64,000 nt of DNA, from assembly GCA_951406725.2 (NCBI GenBank), contig OX597831.1, forward strand, positions 51,274,001 to 51,338,000, in the 5' to 3' direction. The notes under the pieces are model-generated. The model saw only the letters and a program-made list of their open reading frames with translations. It did no database searches and was not told where the DNA came from. Shown here piece by piece: positions 24,479-38,966 of this stretch. Position numbers and translations under genes: made by a program. The first letter of the stretch is position 1. Each line of letters begins with the position of its first letter. This DNA comes from Octopus vulgaris. Taxonomy: Eukaryota.

Positions 24479-26779
24479 TGTTGTTGTTGTTGTTGATAGA
24501 CTTCCTCATAGTTTCTGTTTACCACATTCATTCATAAGACATTGGTCAGCCTGAGTCTATAGGAGAAGACACTTACCCAAGGCGCTGTGCTGTGTGACCG
24601 AACTAGAAATCACATGGTTATAGTAGTGGTTATAAAGTGAGCTTCTTAACCGCACATCTATTCCTGCTCCTATGTTCAACATTATCAGAAAAAGTGCCAA
24701 GCTGAATCTGGCTGAAGATTTATGTTAAGTATCTGTGGAATATTCAGTGGAGGCGATGACAAATGACCAAGACCTTTGGCAATATTGTTGTGCTTGAGAA
24801 GACTCACCAAGTGGAACCATAGTTGTGGCCATTGCCAGTGGCATGTAAATAGCAACCATTACACTCTTGGAATGTTTGGCATTAGAAAGGAAATCTAGCT
24901 GTACAAACCCTTCCAAATCAGACTAGAACCTGGTGCAGCTCTCCAGCTTACCAGATCCAGTCAAACTGCATGGAAAACAGACATTAAATTATGATGATGA
25001 GGATGATGATGATGATTGTACTTTGATCAATGGGTAATTCTGTGATGGAGGTAGTCATGGTTTTTGATCTTAGTTGGGAACACTCTATCCTTGCCAGCCT
25101 ACTGACTGTTATGACTGCCACCATGCCTCATTCCACTTCACCCCTACTGATGAAAATGGAATGGCCCACAGGTTGTAGCTTGTCTTAGTTAGCATTTGGA
25201 AATCTAACCTAATCCAGGATTTGACAAGTATTAATAACTTAACAACAATTTTGTTGATTTAATTGATTATATTATTCAGAAATGAGGGTAATGACAGATA
25301 TTTGAATAGAAGGCTGGTGATAATAGGGTTGATAATAGTAGAGGGAATGTGGTGGTGGAGAGTCATAGTGTGAGAATCGGTGGTGGTGGTCATGGTTGTG
25401 GTTGTCATCATCATGATGACAGCAGCGACAAACAGTGCTAATAGTCTAGGTTTATGATTATTCTGTGATCGTAAACATCATCACCATTACCAGCAGCAGA
25501 GCAGAAGTACAGACACCACTAATACTACTTCCACTACCCTTAACATTACCACTACAACTATCAGCACCATCACTACCATCAGCACAATCACCACCAACAT
25601 CACCACTGCCGCTACCACCACCATCACCACCGCCGCAGCCACCACCACCACCGCCATCACTACTACCACTGCACCTTTAATTTTCTGGATATGTGAACCT
25701 CCAGAGATAAACCTTCTCAATTTCTTTTTTCTTAACCCTTATTCCACAGCAACATTACCACCACCACTGACTACAGCAACAACCTACAACACTCACACTT
25801 CCATCTCCAACACTGGCTGCCACCAACAAAAACACCAGCACCACCAGCACCACCACTACTACAACTACCTCCACAATTAATGACAATAGCAGCAACAACA
25901 CCACTAGCACTTCTGTCTCCAACAACACTAACAACATCATCAACACCAGCATTGCCACCACCACCACCACCACCATCACCACCACCATTCCAATCAAAAC
26001 CACCACTACTACCACCACCAGCATAAAGAATAATACCTGTAATACCACCACTACTATCACCACCAGCAAAAATAATAATACCTATTTCTTTACTACCCAC
26101 AAGGGGCTAAACACAGAGAGGACAAACAAGGATAGACACACAGATTAAGTCGATTATATCGACCCCAGTGTGTAACTGGTACTTAATTTATCGACCTCAA
26201 AAGGATGAAAGGTAAAGTCGACCTCGGCGGCGGAATTTGAACTCAGAACGCAGCGCGGACGAAATACCACAAAGCATTTCTGCCAGCTCTCCGCCAAAAA
26301 TAATAATACCTGTTATACCACCACCACCACCACCACCACCATGCCCTCTCCCTGTCAACAAAGAAATGAAAAATAACTAAATAGAAAAAAAAAAACCTAC
26401 CTTATCCACCAAGCATGTTTGTTAATTTTAGTACCAGAAATCACAATCATACAATTTTTATTGCTGTGTTTATTCATGGCTTTTGGCTGTTTTCCAGCCT
26501 ATTCTACCTTAAATATTTCATTGAATTGGTTGTTAAGCACTTTCTCAACGGGGTGTCCTTTAGCTTGCTATCAATCAACATCTACAGGAAGCTAATGAGA
26601 TAGCCCCACCTGTTACCAAAAAATTATTTTTACTGAGCAAGTTCTTATCTTTGGTGGTGAATAAGAGACTTATATTTTCATAATACAAGCAAACACATAC
26701 AGATCTATACATACACACACACACGCACACACACACATCACATTGTGAATGTGTACATGTATATATCTATATATATACC

Positions 26780-26817
<38 letters not shown>

Positions 26818-29800
26818 GAGATACACACACACACACACCACACACACACGCACACACACATATATATTTAGAAAAAGATTATTATGACCAGTTCATTCGG
26901 TAACTCAGAGTTTCATGTCCATAAAATACTTAACTTTACATGTCTTGTCAGATCCTACATATATATATATATATATAAGAATAAATGTTTTATATATAAA
27001 GAACGTGAAATACAGGAAGGGACAAACACGGAACACAGACAAATCATTCGAAGCCTTCAATCTTCAGTCAGACACCGAATCATCATAGCAAATTTCGGCT
27101 GTTCAATTCTGATATTTGCTCCAACTCGGCCAGCCCCAAGAAAAAAAACTAAGCTGTAAGCATTAGATTTCTTTTAGAAGACACGAATGTAAACGCACGA
27201 GACGGATGTAAATACGAGAGACGAAAACGAAATTGAAAACGGTAACGGTTAAACAAAATATAATATAACGGTGGTTGTCATACGACTTTAGACCAAATGA
27301 GACAAAACAACAAACATAGCAGCAGGCGTAGAAATAATTACCTTTTCGATATACATATACATATAAGTGTGTCTATGTGTATGTACAGAGAAAGATGTAT
27401 ACACATACACATACATGGGCCAACCAAAGCCTTGTGAGTGGATTTGGTAGATGGAAACTGAAAGAAGCCTGTCGTATATATGTATATATATATGTATATT
27501 TATATGTGTGTATGTGTTTGTCCCCCCCCCCCCCATCATCGCTTGACAATTGATGGTGGTGTGTTTACGTCCCTGTAACTTAGCGGTTTGGCAAAACAGA
27601 ATGATAGAATAAATACTAGGCTTCCAAAGAATAAGTCCAGGGGTCGATTTGCTCGACTAAAGGCAGTGCTCCAGCATGGCCACAGTCAAATGACTGAAAC
27701 AAGTAAAAGAGTAAAAGAGAGAGTATACAGAGAGAAAGAGAGGGAGAAGGAGAGAGAGATGTGTGTATGTATGTATGTATATAAATATCCTCTCTTTCCC
27801 TTTTTCTCATGCATATGCACACACACACATGCACACACACACATACACGTGTATGTGCACACTTATACAAAAGGAAATCTCATTTAAAATGTTCCCTATA
27901 TATTGATGATTTACAGAAGTTCACGTGCAAATCCTGATTTAGGTAAGAACTTTGACTACAATATGGAAATACTGGAAACTGGACCATTGGATGCTTCAAA
28001 GGAATTTTATGGGTAAGCAACTCTTTGGAATATTCTCTGGTAAATCCTGATCCTGCAGATTTATAATCAGAGACATTCAAGCTGTCAAACAGTGTGTGTG
28101 TGTGTGTGTTTGTGTGTGTATGTGTGTGTGTTTGTGTGTGTGCATGCATATATGTTTATATGTATGTATGTGAATTATCCAATATGTTTTTTTATTAATT
28201 AACAATTACAACAGTTGTTGCTTAGCTTCATGCTAAACCTTTATCAAACTGGCAAATGTTTATCAAAGCCATCCAGCAATGACCATTCCATTATGACCTG
28301 GCGTTGCTGGGTCATAGTGCTAGTGCATGCATATACAGCTGCGTGCATGCGCACATACACACAAGTACTGTCCAAATCTCTGACCAATCACATAAAGCTA
28401 GCTGGCATTCAATTGGCGTATCGAGTTTCAGGCATTTTGATTGGGTTTTGGATAGAAAATTCACAAAAAAGTCACTTCTATTGATTTTTTAATGGCTTTG
28501 TGGAGTGACTGGGGAAATGTAAAGATGTTCACGACCACCCTTGGACAGTTTTGAATAACCATAGAAAGTGCGAGCCCTCTAACTGAAAAATTGTGGATTT
28601 GTATAAAGGATACACACACACAGACAGACATTTTGCCGTTTATATATATAGAGAGACTAGCAGTATCGCCCGGCATTGCTCGGGTTTGTAAGGGAAATAA
28701 TTATATAAGCATTATAGAGATGTAAAGTATAATAGCCATCTCAATATGGCTAACCACAAAGGGGGAGGGGTGTTACTGTAGCTTTTTACGTTCTGAGATT
28801 TAATAATAAATTTTAGAGAGTTACTTCCCTTATATATGTCAAAAATGGATTGAAAATGGGAAAAATTGATGGTAAATTTTTTTTAAAATCGTAGACTCAT
28901 CGTAGACGCGCGCTAATACCCAGACGGTCTCGATATGAATCACGACTATAAGATACCCAGTTTTGGTTAAACTGCACCGCAAAATGTGGGAGTAGTTAGG
29001 AATCTAAATCGTAGGAGACAGACACACAACCTCACTTTTATATATAAAGATTTCCTCTATTTACATAATATTGAGGTCTCTTTCTTTCTTTTGTTATCTT
29101 ACTGTTTTTACCAATATACATATATATATATATATATATAAATATATATATAGTTACAGAGATGTACTTGCATAGCAAGTGACTTGATCTGAGATCGTGT
29201 GCTGGAACGAAAACAGTTGCAGCGTTGAAGGTGTTTATAAACCATTTAAGAAACACACAAAAACCGTTAGATTCACTTCAACATTTAAATTTAATTTGTC
29301 AAAATATTTTCGTCGCTTTGAGACCGTGACCTGTTAGCACGATATTTTTGTCAGTGAACAGGTCGCGGTCTCAAAGCGAGGAAAATATTTTGGCAAATTA
29401 AATTTAAATGTTGAAGTGAATCTAACGGTTTTTGTGTGTTTCTTAAATGGCTTACAAACACCTTCCACGCTGCAATATATATATACACACATATATATAT
29501 ATGTATGTATGTATGTGTGTATATGTGTATGCATGTATGTGTGTGTGTGTGCGTGTCTGTGCTTGTGATTGTCCTCCACCACTGCTTGACAACGAATGTT
29601 GGTTTGTTTACATCCCTGTCACCTAGTGGTTTGACAAAGGAAACGGATAGAATAAGTACAATGCTTACAAAAATAAAACTGGAGTTGATTCATTAAACTA
29701 CAATTCTTCAAGGCATTGCCCCAGCATGGCCACAGACCAATGGCTGGAAAAAGCAGAAGAATAAAAGAATACATTCTCTGCTTTGGTCTTATGTTCAAGG

Positions 29801-32287
29801 CATGAGAAAGCTTGAGTTTACATGAGAAGGCCTAACAGACCTGGTAGAAACAGCAGCCAAATCTCCCTCAAATCACACCTTACTGTCTTATGTATGTATA
29901 TATATATGAGCCAATGAGGGGGACCTCTACATGGTAGCTAGACCTGGTAGAAATAGCAGCTAAATTTCCCCCAAATCACACCTTACTGTCTTATCTATGT
30001 ATATATGAGCCTATGAGGGAGACCCCTACATGGCAGCTAGACATGGTAGAAATAGCAGCCAAATCTCCCTCAAATCACACCTTACTGTCTTATGTATGTA
30101 TATATATATATACACAAGCCACTACGGTTATTTAATGTAAAGTCTTCCTCAAATCACTCTCGCTATTTACTCTCTTCCAAGAACATTTTCACTCACTCTT
30201 ATCTCTTAGCTTGCCATACATTTTACTCATGTATCTATCAGCGTGATAGACAGAAACAAATATTACATCGCCATCGCCATCTATTGTCTACCTGTCAACA
30301 CACACACAGTGAATTACTTTCATTTTATTCGTTGCACACTGTGTGTGTGCGTGTGGTGTAAACCACATTAAGAAAAGCATTTGACATACACACCAGAATG
30401 TGAGTTTTCTGTAAATTTTGCTTAATTGGAGTTTAAATTTTAAAAACTGGACCTGGCATGACCCGATGCATTCTACTCTTAAAAATGCTAGGTAAATTGT
30501 AATTGAAGAAATCCTATATTGTAGATTTCTATAACTGACAAAGGGAGGCAGATAAAATCTGCCTTTTATAATAAGAGATATGGCTTCATCTTCTATTTTT
30601 GCGCTAACAAGGGAACTTGTATGTAATTGTTCAACCTGATAGAAATTGCAGCAAACTGCTTTCAAATCATCCCCTATTGACTTCAAAGCTTTTGATCATA
30701 GGTTTGTTAGATCAGGGTTACCCTTGGGATGAACATGAACAACAATTGGTTTTATGCCTGAATAAGAAAGCAATTTAAAGGCTAGCTATTTGCCCATTTT
30801 CTTCAACACCTTAGCCTTACAAGCAAGTAAAGGAATCTATATACAGCTGATTGACTGGCTAGATATAGTAGCCAGATCTTTCTTAATTCAAACCCTATCA
30901 GTTTAAAAGAGGAAAAGTGCATTGAACAATGTAATCCCAGATACAGTATATTTGATAAAAACAAAATAAGATGAGATAGTCATGGTTGGAATGCTTTTAA
31001 TCATAGGCCTGTAGATCAAGTTTGTCCTTAGGATAAAAAAACAACAATAATTGGCTTTGTGCCTAAATAATAAAATAATAAAAGATTAGTTATCTATCTA
31101 TAGCCCTTAGATCAAGATCCATATAGAAATGTATTGGCAGCATGATTTAACCCTCTACCATTCAGATTACTCTGTTAAATGCAATGCTTATTCATTCACA
31201 TTGTTTTGAATTATTTATGCATGAGCAAAACGCTGCTTTCCCCCCCCCCCCCCCATCCAATGGACAGTGCTGAATCATATCTGCTGAATAAAAAGCAATC
31301 AGTGTTTTCTTTTCATTAAAAAAATAATTAAGCACGCCTTTATTTCAATAGAATTTTTGGTTGTGTTAAACAAAGTTGAGGCAAAAGAAAAGACTTCTTG
31401 AGAAACCAAATAGTCTTTCCTTCCTTCATGCAAAGTTTGAAGAAAATATCTCTTTTGCATCTTATGTTTTTGGTCTCCTAAATATACTGCATTTTGTGGC
31501 ATTATTTCAAGCCAGTCGGCTTTTTTTGCACAAACTGCACGTGCATTTTTCTCGTGTATGTGTAGTATTGATCGCAACAGCTGATGTACTTGCATGTACA
31601 AATGCACGTTCCCACGGCTTTATTGATCGTATTCTCACCTGGAATCGATTTTTGTAATTTTTTCAAGACTTATGCACGCCCTGATACCGTTGGTATCTAC
31701 ATATCAAATTTGAGCGCAATCAGATGGAGGATGCCCGAGATCCTAGAAGACACACACACAGACAGACAGAACGGATTTTATATAATAGATTATCAAATAA
31801 CTTTGAGATTTTGATAATGTGATCGTGTATTTTTAGAATGCCATTGTAGGGTAGGCATGAGAAACTGGATCTGGCCTTTTTGCATGTAAAGTGAAAGTTG
31901 TGGTGCACCTGAGCACTGTATACAATAATTTCATTATTTTTTATTTTAAAATAGGTAGGATATTTAGGCTGAATATGGCCAGTTTAAATGCTAAAGCGTT
32001 AAAATTGTTGACTTGTGGTTCACTGCCTTGAACCATGGATTGATTCTAAAGACATCAAGAAATATTTCTTTCATTTAATGATTAATACATTTGTAAAGTA
32101 CTCATTTAATTGACTGTGAATTGTTTCTTTTTTACAATTAGTGCTAGAAATAATGTCAAACCAAAAGTATTTGAAGAACCAGTGTGTCAACAAGCCCTTC
32201 AGAATCATCTTCCAATTAAAAAGAACAAGCCTGCACAGCAAAAATATCTTGAGGTTGGTTGTCAGTTGTTTTACTTTTTCTAGTCAG

Positions 32288-32334
<47 letters not shown>

Positions 32335-33915
32335 AAAAAATGAAGTTCGAAAATGCTGCTATATTATACAATTTTTAATTTTTATATATACATTATAACA
32401 TGTTTCAGTTCCTGAAATGAACCTTATCAAAAAAAGTTATATATAAAAAAAGACAGCTCATGCCGTCAAACACAAGAAATTCATTTATAATACACAACGG
32501 AGTCAGACATCTTAGAGTTCATGTATAGTTGATATATAGTTTGAAGTAAGTTCATTCATGCTATATGTTCAAAGTGTTCGATGCAGTGGCCCACGGTGGC
32601 GATACGTATTCAATACAAAAAACAGATCAAAGTGGTGGAAAGCAGTCAATACAGAAGATTGATGTTTCCGAAAGAGCGAGGAATTCATTTTTACCTTAAG
32701 CAATTGTGATGACCCATGGTGGGTGTTCGCAGCGAACACCCACCATGGGTCATCACAATTGCTTAAGGTAAAAATGAATTCCTCGCTCTTTCGGAAACAT
32801 CAATCTTCTGTATTGACTGCTTTCCACCACTTTGATCTGTTTTTTGTATTGAATACGTATCGCCACCGTGGGCCACTGCATCGAACACTTTGAACATATA
32901 GCATGAATGAACTTACTTCAAACTATATATCAACTATACATGAACTCTAAGATGTCTGACTCCGTTGTGTATTATAAATGAATTTCTTGTGTTTGACGGC
33001 ATGAGCTGTCTTTTTTATATATAACTTTTTTTGATAAGGTTCATTTCAGGAACTGAAACATGTTATAATGTATATATAAAAATTAAAAATTGTATAATAT
33101 AGCAGCATTTTCGAACTTCATTTTTTACAAATATATACCTACTCGTATACGAGCTAATCCTATTATAAATATATATATATATAATAATAATAATAATGAT
33201 AATAATAATATTAGGGAGTATATCCAAACTTACAGGGAAAAATTAGATTTAGGAAATTTAGGATTATTTTTTTTTTAGTCATTGCAGAGCCTACACTTTG
33301 TGTCTACCTCATTGTGCGGGACATTAGCTTGATAGTTCTGGGTGAAGAGACTCTAATCTTGTGCTGCTAGGATAAATCCTTCTGTTTCGGCTTTCAAACC
33401 AACACTCTGCAGCCACTGATTGGTTCTTCTTATATCTACATCAGCTTCCCCAATTCATTTGGGCTATTGTGCATGCAATGGTTTTTCTTGCCAGTCTCAA
33501 TATTTCCTTCAAGCTTTCCTGTTTGGCTTTTCTTTTTCACATTTTTTTCTTGCCTTACTGGATGGTGTGTCCTCTCCTTATCATCATCATAATCAGGGAG
33601 GTTAAGCTTTCATCTGTTTTTACATTCCCCCTTTGAGATTGAGTGCAGTTTCTTACTCAGTTTGTGTTGCCTACCAGCTGTGTCATCCATCTGGTGTTGC
33701 TTCAGGTTCTGAGCTGGCAGAATCGTTAGCAAACTGGGAAAAATGCTTAGTGGTATTTGATCTGTCTTTACGTTCTGAGTTCAAGTTCTGCTGAGGTTGA
33801 CTTTGCCTTTCTTTCACTCGGGAGCAATAAAATTAGTACCAGTTGAGTACTGGGGTCAATGTAATCGACTATCCACCTCCCCCAAATTTCAGGCCTTGTG
33901 CCTATAATAGAAAGG

Positions 33916-33953
<38 letters not shown>

Positions 33954-33965
33954 AACCACCACCAC

Positions 33966-34002
<37 letters not shown>

Positions 34003-35773
34003 TAGTCTTATTTTTATAACATGTTTTCACTGCACTACTGAGTGCAGCTCTGTGTGTCTTGGGTATGTGTTGTGGTTTACTGTGATGCTCTTATGGTTAC
34101 TGTATTGAAAGTGTTTTGCGTAAGATGTGTGCAGTGCCCAGTAGTGCAATTTTCTGTATGTTATATATATTTGTTAGACTTGGTGTTTTTGTTATGTATT
34201 TGTCTGAATATTTTTTTATCATACCTAATGTGCCTTCTATGATAGGAATTGTTTCTGTTTTTAGACTCCACATTTGAGTTACCTCTATTTTCAGGTCTTT
34301 GTATTTTGAAAGTTTCTCTATTTCTTTTAAAGAAATGTCATCTGTTGATATTGATACATCAATTAGAAAGCATTTTCTCTTCATCATCTCTGACAACTAT
34401 ATCTGGCCTATTGGCCTTAATTTCTCTATGTGTGTATTGGCATATCCCATAGTATTGTGGCTTTCTCCTTTTCTGTGACCTTTTCTGGCATGTGCCTATA
34501 CCACCTTTTTTCTGTTGTTATTCCATAGTGTTGACATAGCTTCCAGTGTATGTAGGTCCCAATACTGTTGTGTCTGTGAATATATTCCTTCTTAGCCAGG
34601 ACTGGACAGCCAGAGACAATATGATTTATTGTTTCTTGTCCATCTCCACATATTCTGCAGTTACTTGTTATGTTTCTTTTCATTATATGTTTTTGATAAT
34701 TTCTGGTGGGGAGGCTTTGGTCTTGTGCTGCAATTAAAAATCCTTCAGTCTCTGCTTTGAGTCCTGAGCCTCTCAGCCATTGCTGGGATTTTGCTTTGTC
34801 TATTTCTTTTGCATTTAGTTTAGCCCAGTATTTGCCATGAAGGGGCTTTTCTTGCCATCGTTTTATCATGATCCATTGCTGTTCTAGTTTCGTTGTCATT
34901 GTCATTCATAAGTGAGATATCTTACAATAAACATCACATAGTTATTATTATGTTTATGATGTAGATAACCTACAGTAGCTGTCACCCAAACTCCATCAGT
35001 TATATTTAGGTATGTTCTCCTAAGAATAAATTTTAAAATGAAAACACTGACTTCTTTTTTTGTAATTCCAGGATCCAATGGTTCCTCTGGTTGTCTCTCC
35101 AGGTTATATTTTATCTAAGAATAAATCAAAGTATCATGCAATGATAAAAACTGGAGAATTTTTTAATCCAATACAAGCAGAAGATACTGAAGAGTAAATA
35201 TTTTTGTTACATTTTCTATTTATAACAACTATCTTTTAATTTTTACTTGCTTTAGTCACTGGATTGTAAGTCATACCAAGGTTTTGTCTTGAAGGGTTTT
35301 AGTTGAACAGATCAACCCTTGTACTTTTTTCAAAGCCTGGTACTTATTCTGCTGGTAAATTTTGCATATATGGAGAGGTAAACAAACCAACACCAGTTGT
35401 TAAGTGGTGGCAGGGACCAAACATAAATACAAGACATTCACACACACACACACACATACACACACAACACACACACACGCATAGACTCACATAGTGGGGG
35501 GGGGTATGGCTTAGTGGTTAGGGTGTTGGACTCATGATCATAAGATTCTGGTTTTGATTCCCAGACTGGGTGGCATGTTGTGTTTTTGGGCAAAACACTT
35601 CATCTCACATTGCTCCAGTCCACTCAGCCGGCAAAAATGAGTAATCCTGTGTTGGACCAGCGCCCCGTTCAGGTGGGAAATCCATACACTATGGAAATCA
35701 GGAAACTGACCCTCATGAGTCAATATGACTTGAGAAGGTAACTTTACCTTACCTTACACACACACGTGCGCAT

Positions 35774-35818
<45 letters not shown>

Positions 35819-38085
35819 TATATGACAGGTTTCCACATAGTTTCCAGTCTACCAAATTCACTCAAAAGGCATTGGGCAGTATAGAGCTCTAGCAGAAGAC
35901 ACTTGCCAAAGGTGCTATGCAGTTGGACTGAACCTGAAACTCTAAGTGGTCACAAATTGAACTTCTCGACCTCACAGCCATGATTAAAATTTGTCTTATG
36001 TATAAAATAGCAAAATTCATGTCCTGTTTGTGAATGTGTTGCCATCTTTCTTCTGTCTCAAATTGATACCTGTAATATCTAACATCTTACATTGAAAGGA
36101 GTCAGTCATTTCAATTTGGTTTTGTTTTAAATATATTTTGATGAGAAAGAAAAGATTCATATGTAGCAAATGAGCTCCCATCAAACAAAATATTTCAAAC
36201 ATCCAGAAAAATCTCTAAAAGCAGACTGTTTCTGTTACTTAGGAGACTAAGTAAAAAATGGGGAAATATATAGTTGCAGGGCATGCAATGCATACCCAAG
36301 ATATATAAACAAAAGTAAATAACAAAATGGATGTAAATATAAATCATCCAAACAAGTCCAAGCCTGATACTTATAATTTCATTTTGTTTATGTATTTATC
36401 AGGAACAAGGAACCTGAGAATCCTGAAAGGTAAGATTTTTGAACTATTTTATTGACCCTTTATTTTGACGTCCGCCAAGGAAGGAGGTTATGTTTTCATC
36501 GGCATTGGTTTGTCCGTGTGTCCGACTGTGTGAAAAATAATTTTAAAAATTAGGAACAGTATTTGATGAAACTTGCAGGAAAAGTTGGTGATGACACAAG
36601 AAACAGATCGTGAAATTTTGGTTGTGATCCGCGAATTTTTATGGATTCTTGAAGGATTTTTCATTTATTATATTTACTTTACATGTAGTATTAGCTACAT
36701 TCTTTGATTATCTCCCTTGAAAACATGTTCATCCTTTCCACGTAACCTATGGTGGCGCTGCTGTTTCCAAAGTTTATTTTTGTTTCTCTATTAGTAATTT
36801 TACTCGCATATCTATCTTAAAATGAGCTGCTTGGCAGAGGTCTGTGCTCTCCAAGTGCTTTTCTAGTTAGAATTGTATTAATGACTAGCAGTATCGCCCG
36901 GCGTTGCTTGGGTTTGTAAGGGAAATAACTATACAGCATTTTTAGAGAGTTATAGCCAAAAAATAGCAAAAAAATGCATTAAAAATGGAAAAAATATGAT
37001 GGTAAATTTTTTTTTAAATCGTTGACTCATCGTGGACATTTTTAGAGAGTTACTTCCCTTTAAAAAAATATGCATGAAAATGGAAAAAATGATGGTAAAT
37101 TATTTTTAAAATCGTAAACTCATCGTAGACGCGCGTTAATACCGAGAAGGGCTCGATAGGAATCACGACTATAAGATACCCGGTTTTGGTTAAACTGCAC
37201 CGCAAAATGTGGGAGTAGTTAGGAATCTAAATCGAAGGGGACAGACACTCACACAACTACAGTTTTATATATAGAGATTTTCCTCCAGTACATGAATGGG
37301 ACTTAATTTATTGAGATGGAAGGATAGAATCAAAGATGACTGCCACCTCCTCAGGACTTTTCAGAGAGTTAATGATAAATATAAATATAAATACTACAAG
37401 GCATTTTATCGCTTTATGTTCTACTACTTCTTTCCTGAAATGCAGCATTCTTTTTTTTAATGCATGTTGTTGTTGTTAACAACAACAACAATAATGATCC
37501 TTTCTACTAAAGGTACAAGGCTTGAAATTTGTGGGGAGTGAGCTAGTTAATTATATTGACCCCAGTGCTCAACTGGTACTTAATTTATCGACCTTAAAAG
37601 GATGGAAGGCAAATTTGACCTCAGCAGAATAAAATGATGATGATGATGATGACAACAACAACAATAGGAAGAATAATAATAAATGCCCTGATGCAATACC
37701 AGGCACTGGTTCTCATGGTTTCTCATCTTAACTGATTAGAAGTGTTATCATCTACATGTTTTGTCTTGGTATAAAAGAAGGGCTACAGCAAATATTCTGT
37801 AATAAAGATTGTTTGCCAACATAACATGACAGTCTTGGTTTAGGACGAATGTTGCTGTAATTACACTTTTTGGCACAAGGCCTAAAATTTTGGAGGAGGG
37901 AGCTAGTTTATTACATTGACCCCAGCACACAATTGGCACTTATTTCATCAACCCCAAAAGGATGAAAAGCAAAGTTGACTTTGGTGGAATTGGAACTCAG
38001 AATGCAAAGATAGATGAAATGCTGCTAAGCATTTTGTCTGCTGTGCTAATGATTCTGCCAGGTCACCACCTTAGTAGTAGTAGTA

Positions 38086-38123
<38 letters not shown>

Positions 38124-38368
38124 TTTTGCTACAAGGGCAACTTGGGGGAGGAGATTAAGTCAATTACATTGACCCCAGTGCATAATAATCCTTTCCACAA
38201 TTGACACAGTGAGTAACTGGTACTTAGTTAATCAACACTGAAAGAATAAAAAGCAAAGTCGGTCTCAGCAGAATTTGAACTAAGAATGTAGTGATGGGCA
38301 AAATACCGGTAAGCATTTCACCCAACACGCTAATGATTCTGCCAGCTTGCTGCCTAATAATTAAAGTA

Positions 38369-38440
<72 letters not shown>

Positions 38441-38915
38441 TTAATGCTTTTATATTATCAATGTATTATTTATTAACACCAGCACAGTCACGTGTTTACT
38501 ATTGAATAAAACTGAGAGGGAAGAAAAGAGGGGAAAATGTATAAACAAATGGATGGACCAAGAAAATGAGAAAAAAAAATGCATTATATTTCAGAGACAT
38601 CCTCCTGGAGAAGCTACATCAACAGATTGCAGATTTAAAGCTTTTCCTAGAGGAAGAACGATACAAACACATGCAAAGCAAAGTAAAGGTCAGCAAGAAC
38701 TCTCTCTCTCTCTCTCTCTCTATCTCTATCTCTACAAGTGTGTGTGTGAGTATTGTGTATTGTATATCTGTATTGTATTTATATGTGTACAAGTTGCACT
38801 ATTTTACACTTGATTTTAACTGAAAAATCTGGGTGGCACAAATACACAAAGCAAAAAGAAAACAATGAAGGAAAAGAGAATTGGAAAATGGTGCATTTAT
38901 ACACAAGTAAATACA

Positions 38916-38966
<51 letters not shown>

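Noticed and set aside
25465-26100. Poly-Pro/Val/Gly ORFs
   Set aside because: Degenerate trinucleotide repeat that is open in several frames.
27040-27125. Possible hammerhead on the minus strand (CTGAAGA at 27061-27067)
   Set aside because: No GAAA in the correct position and no stem I pairing.
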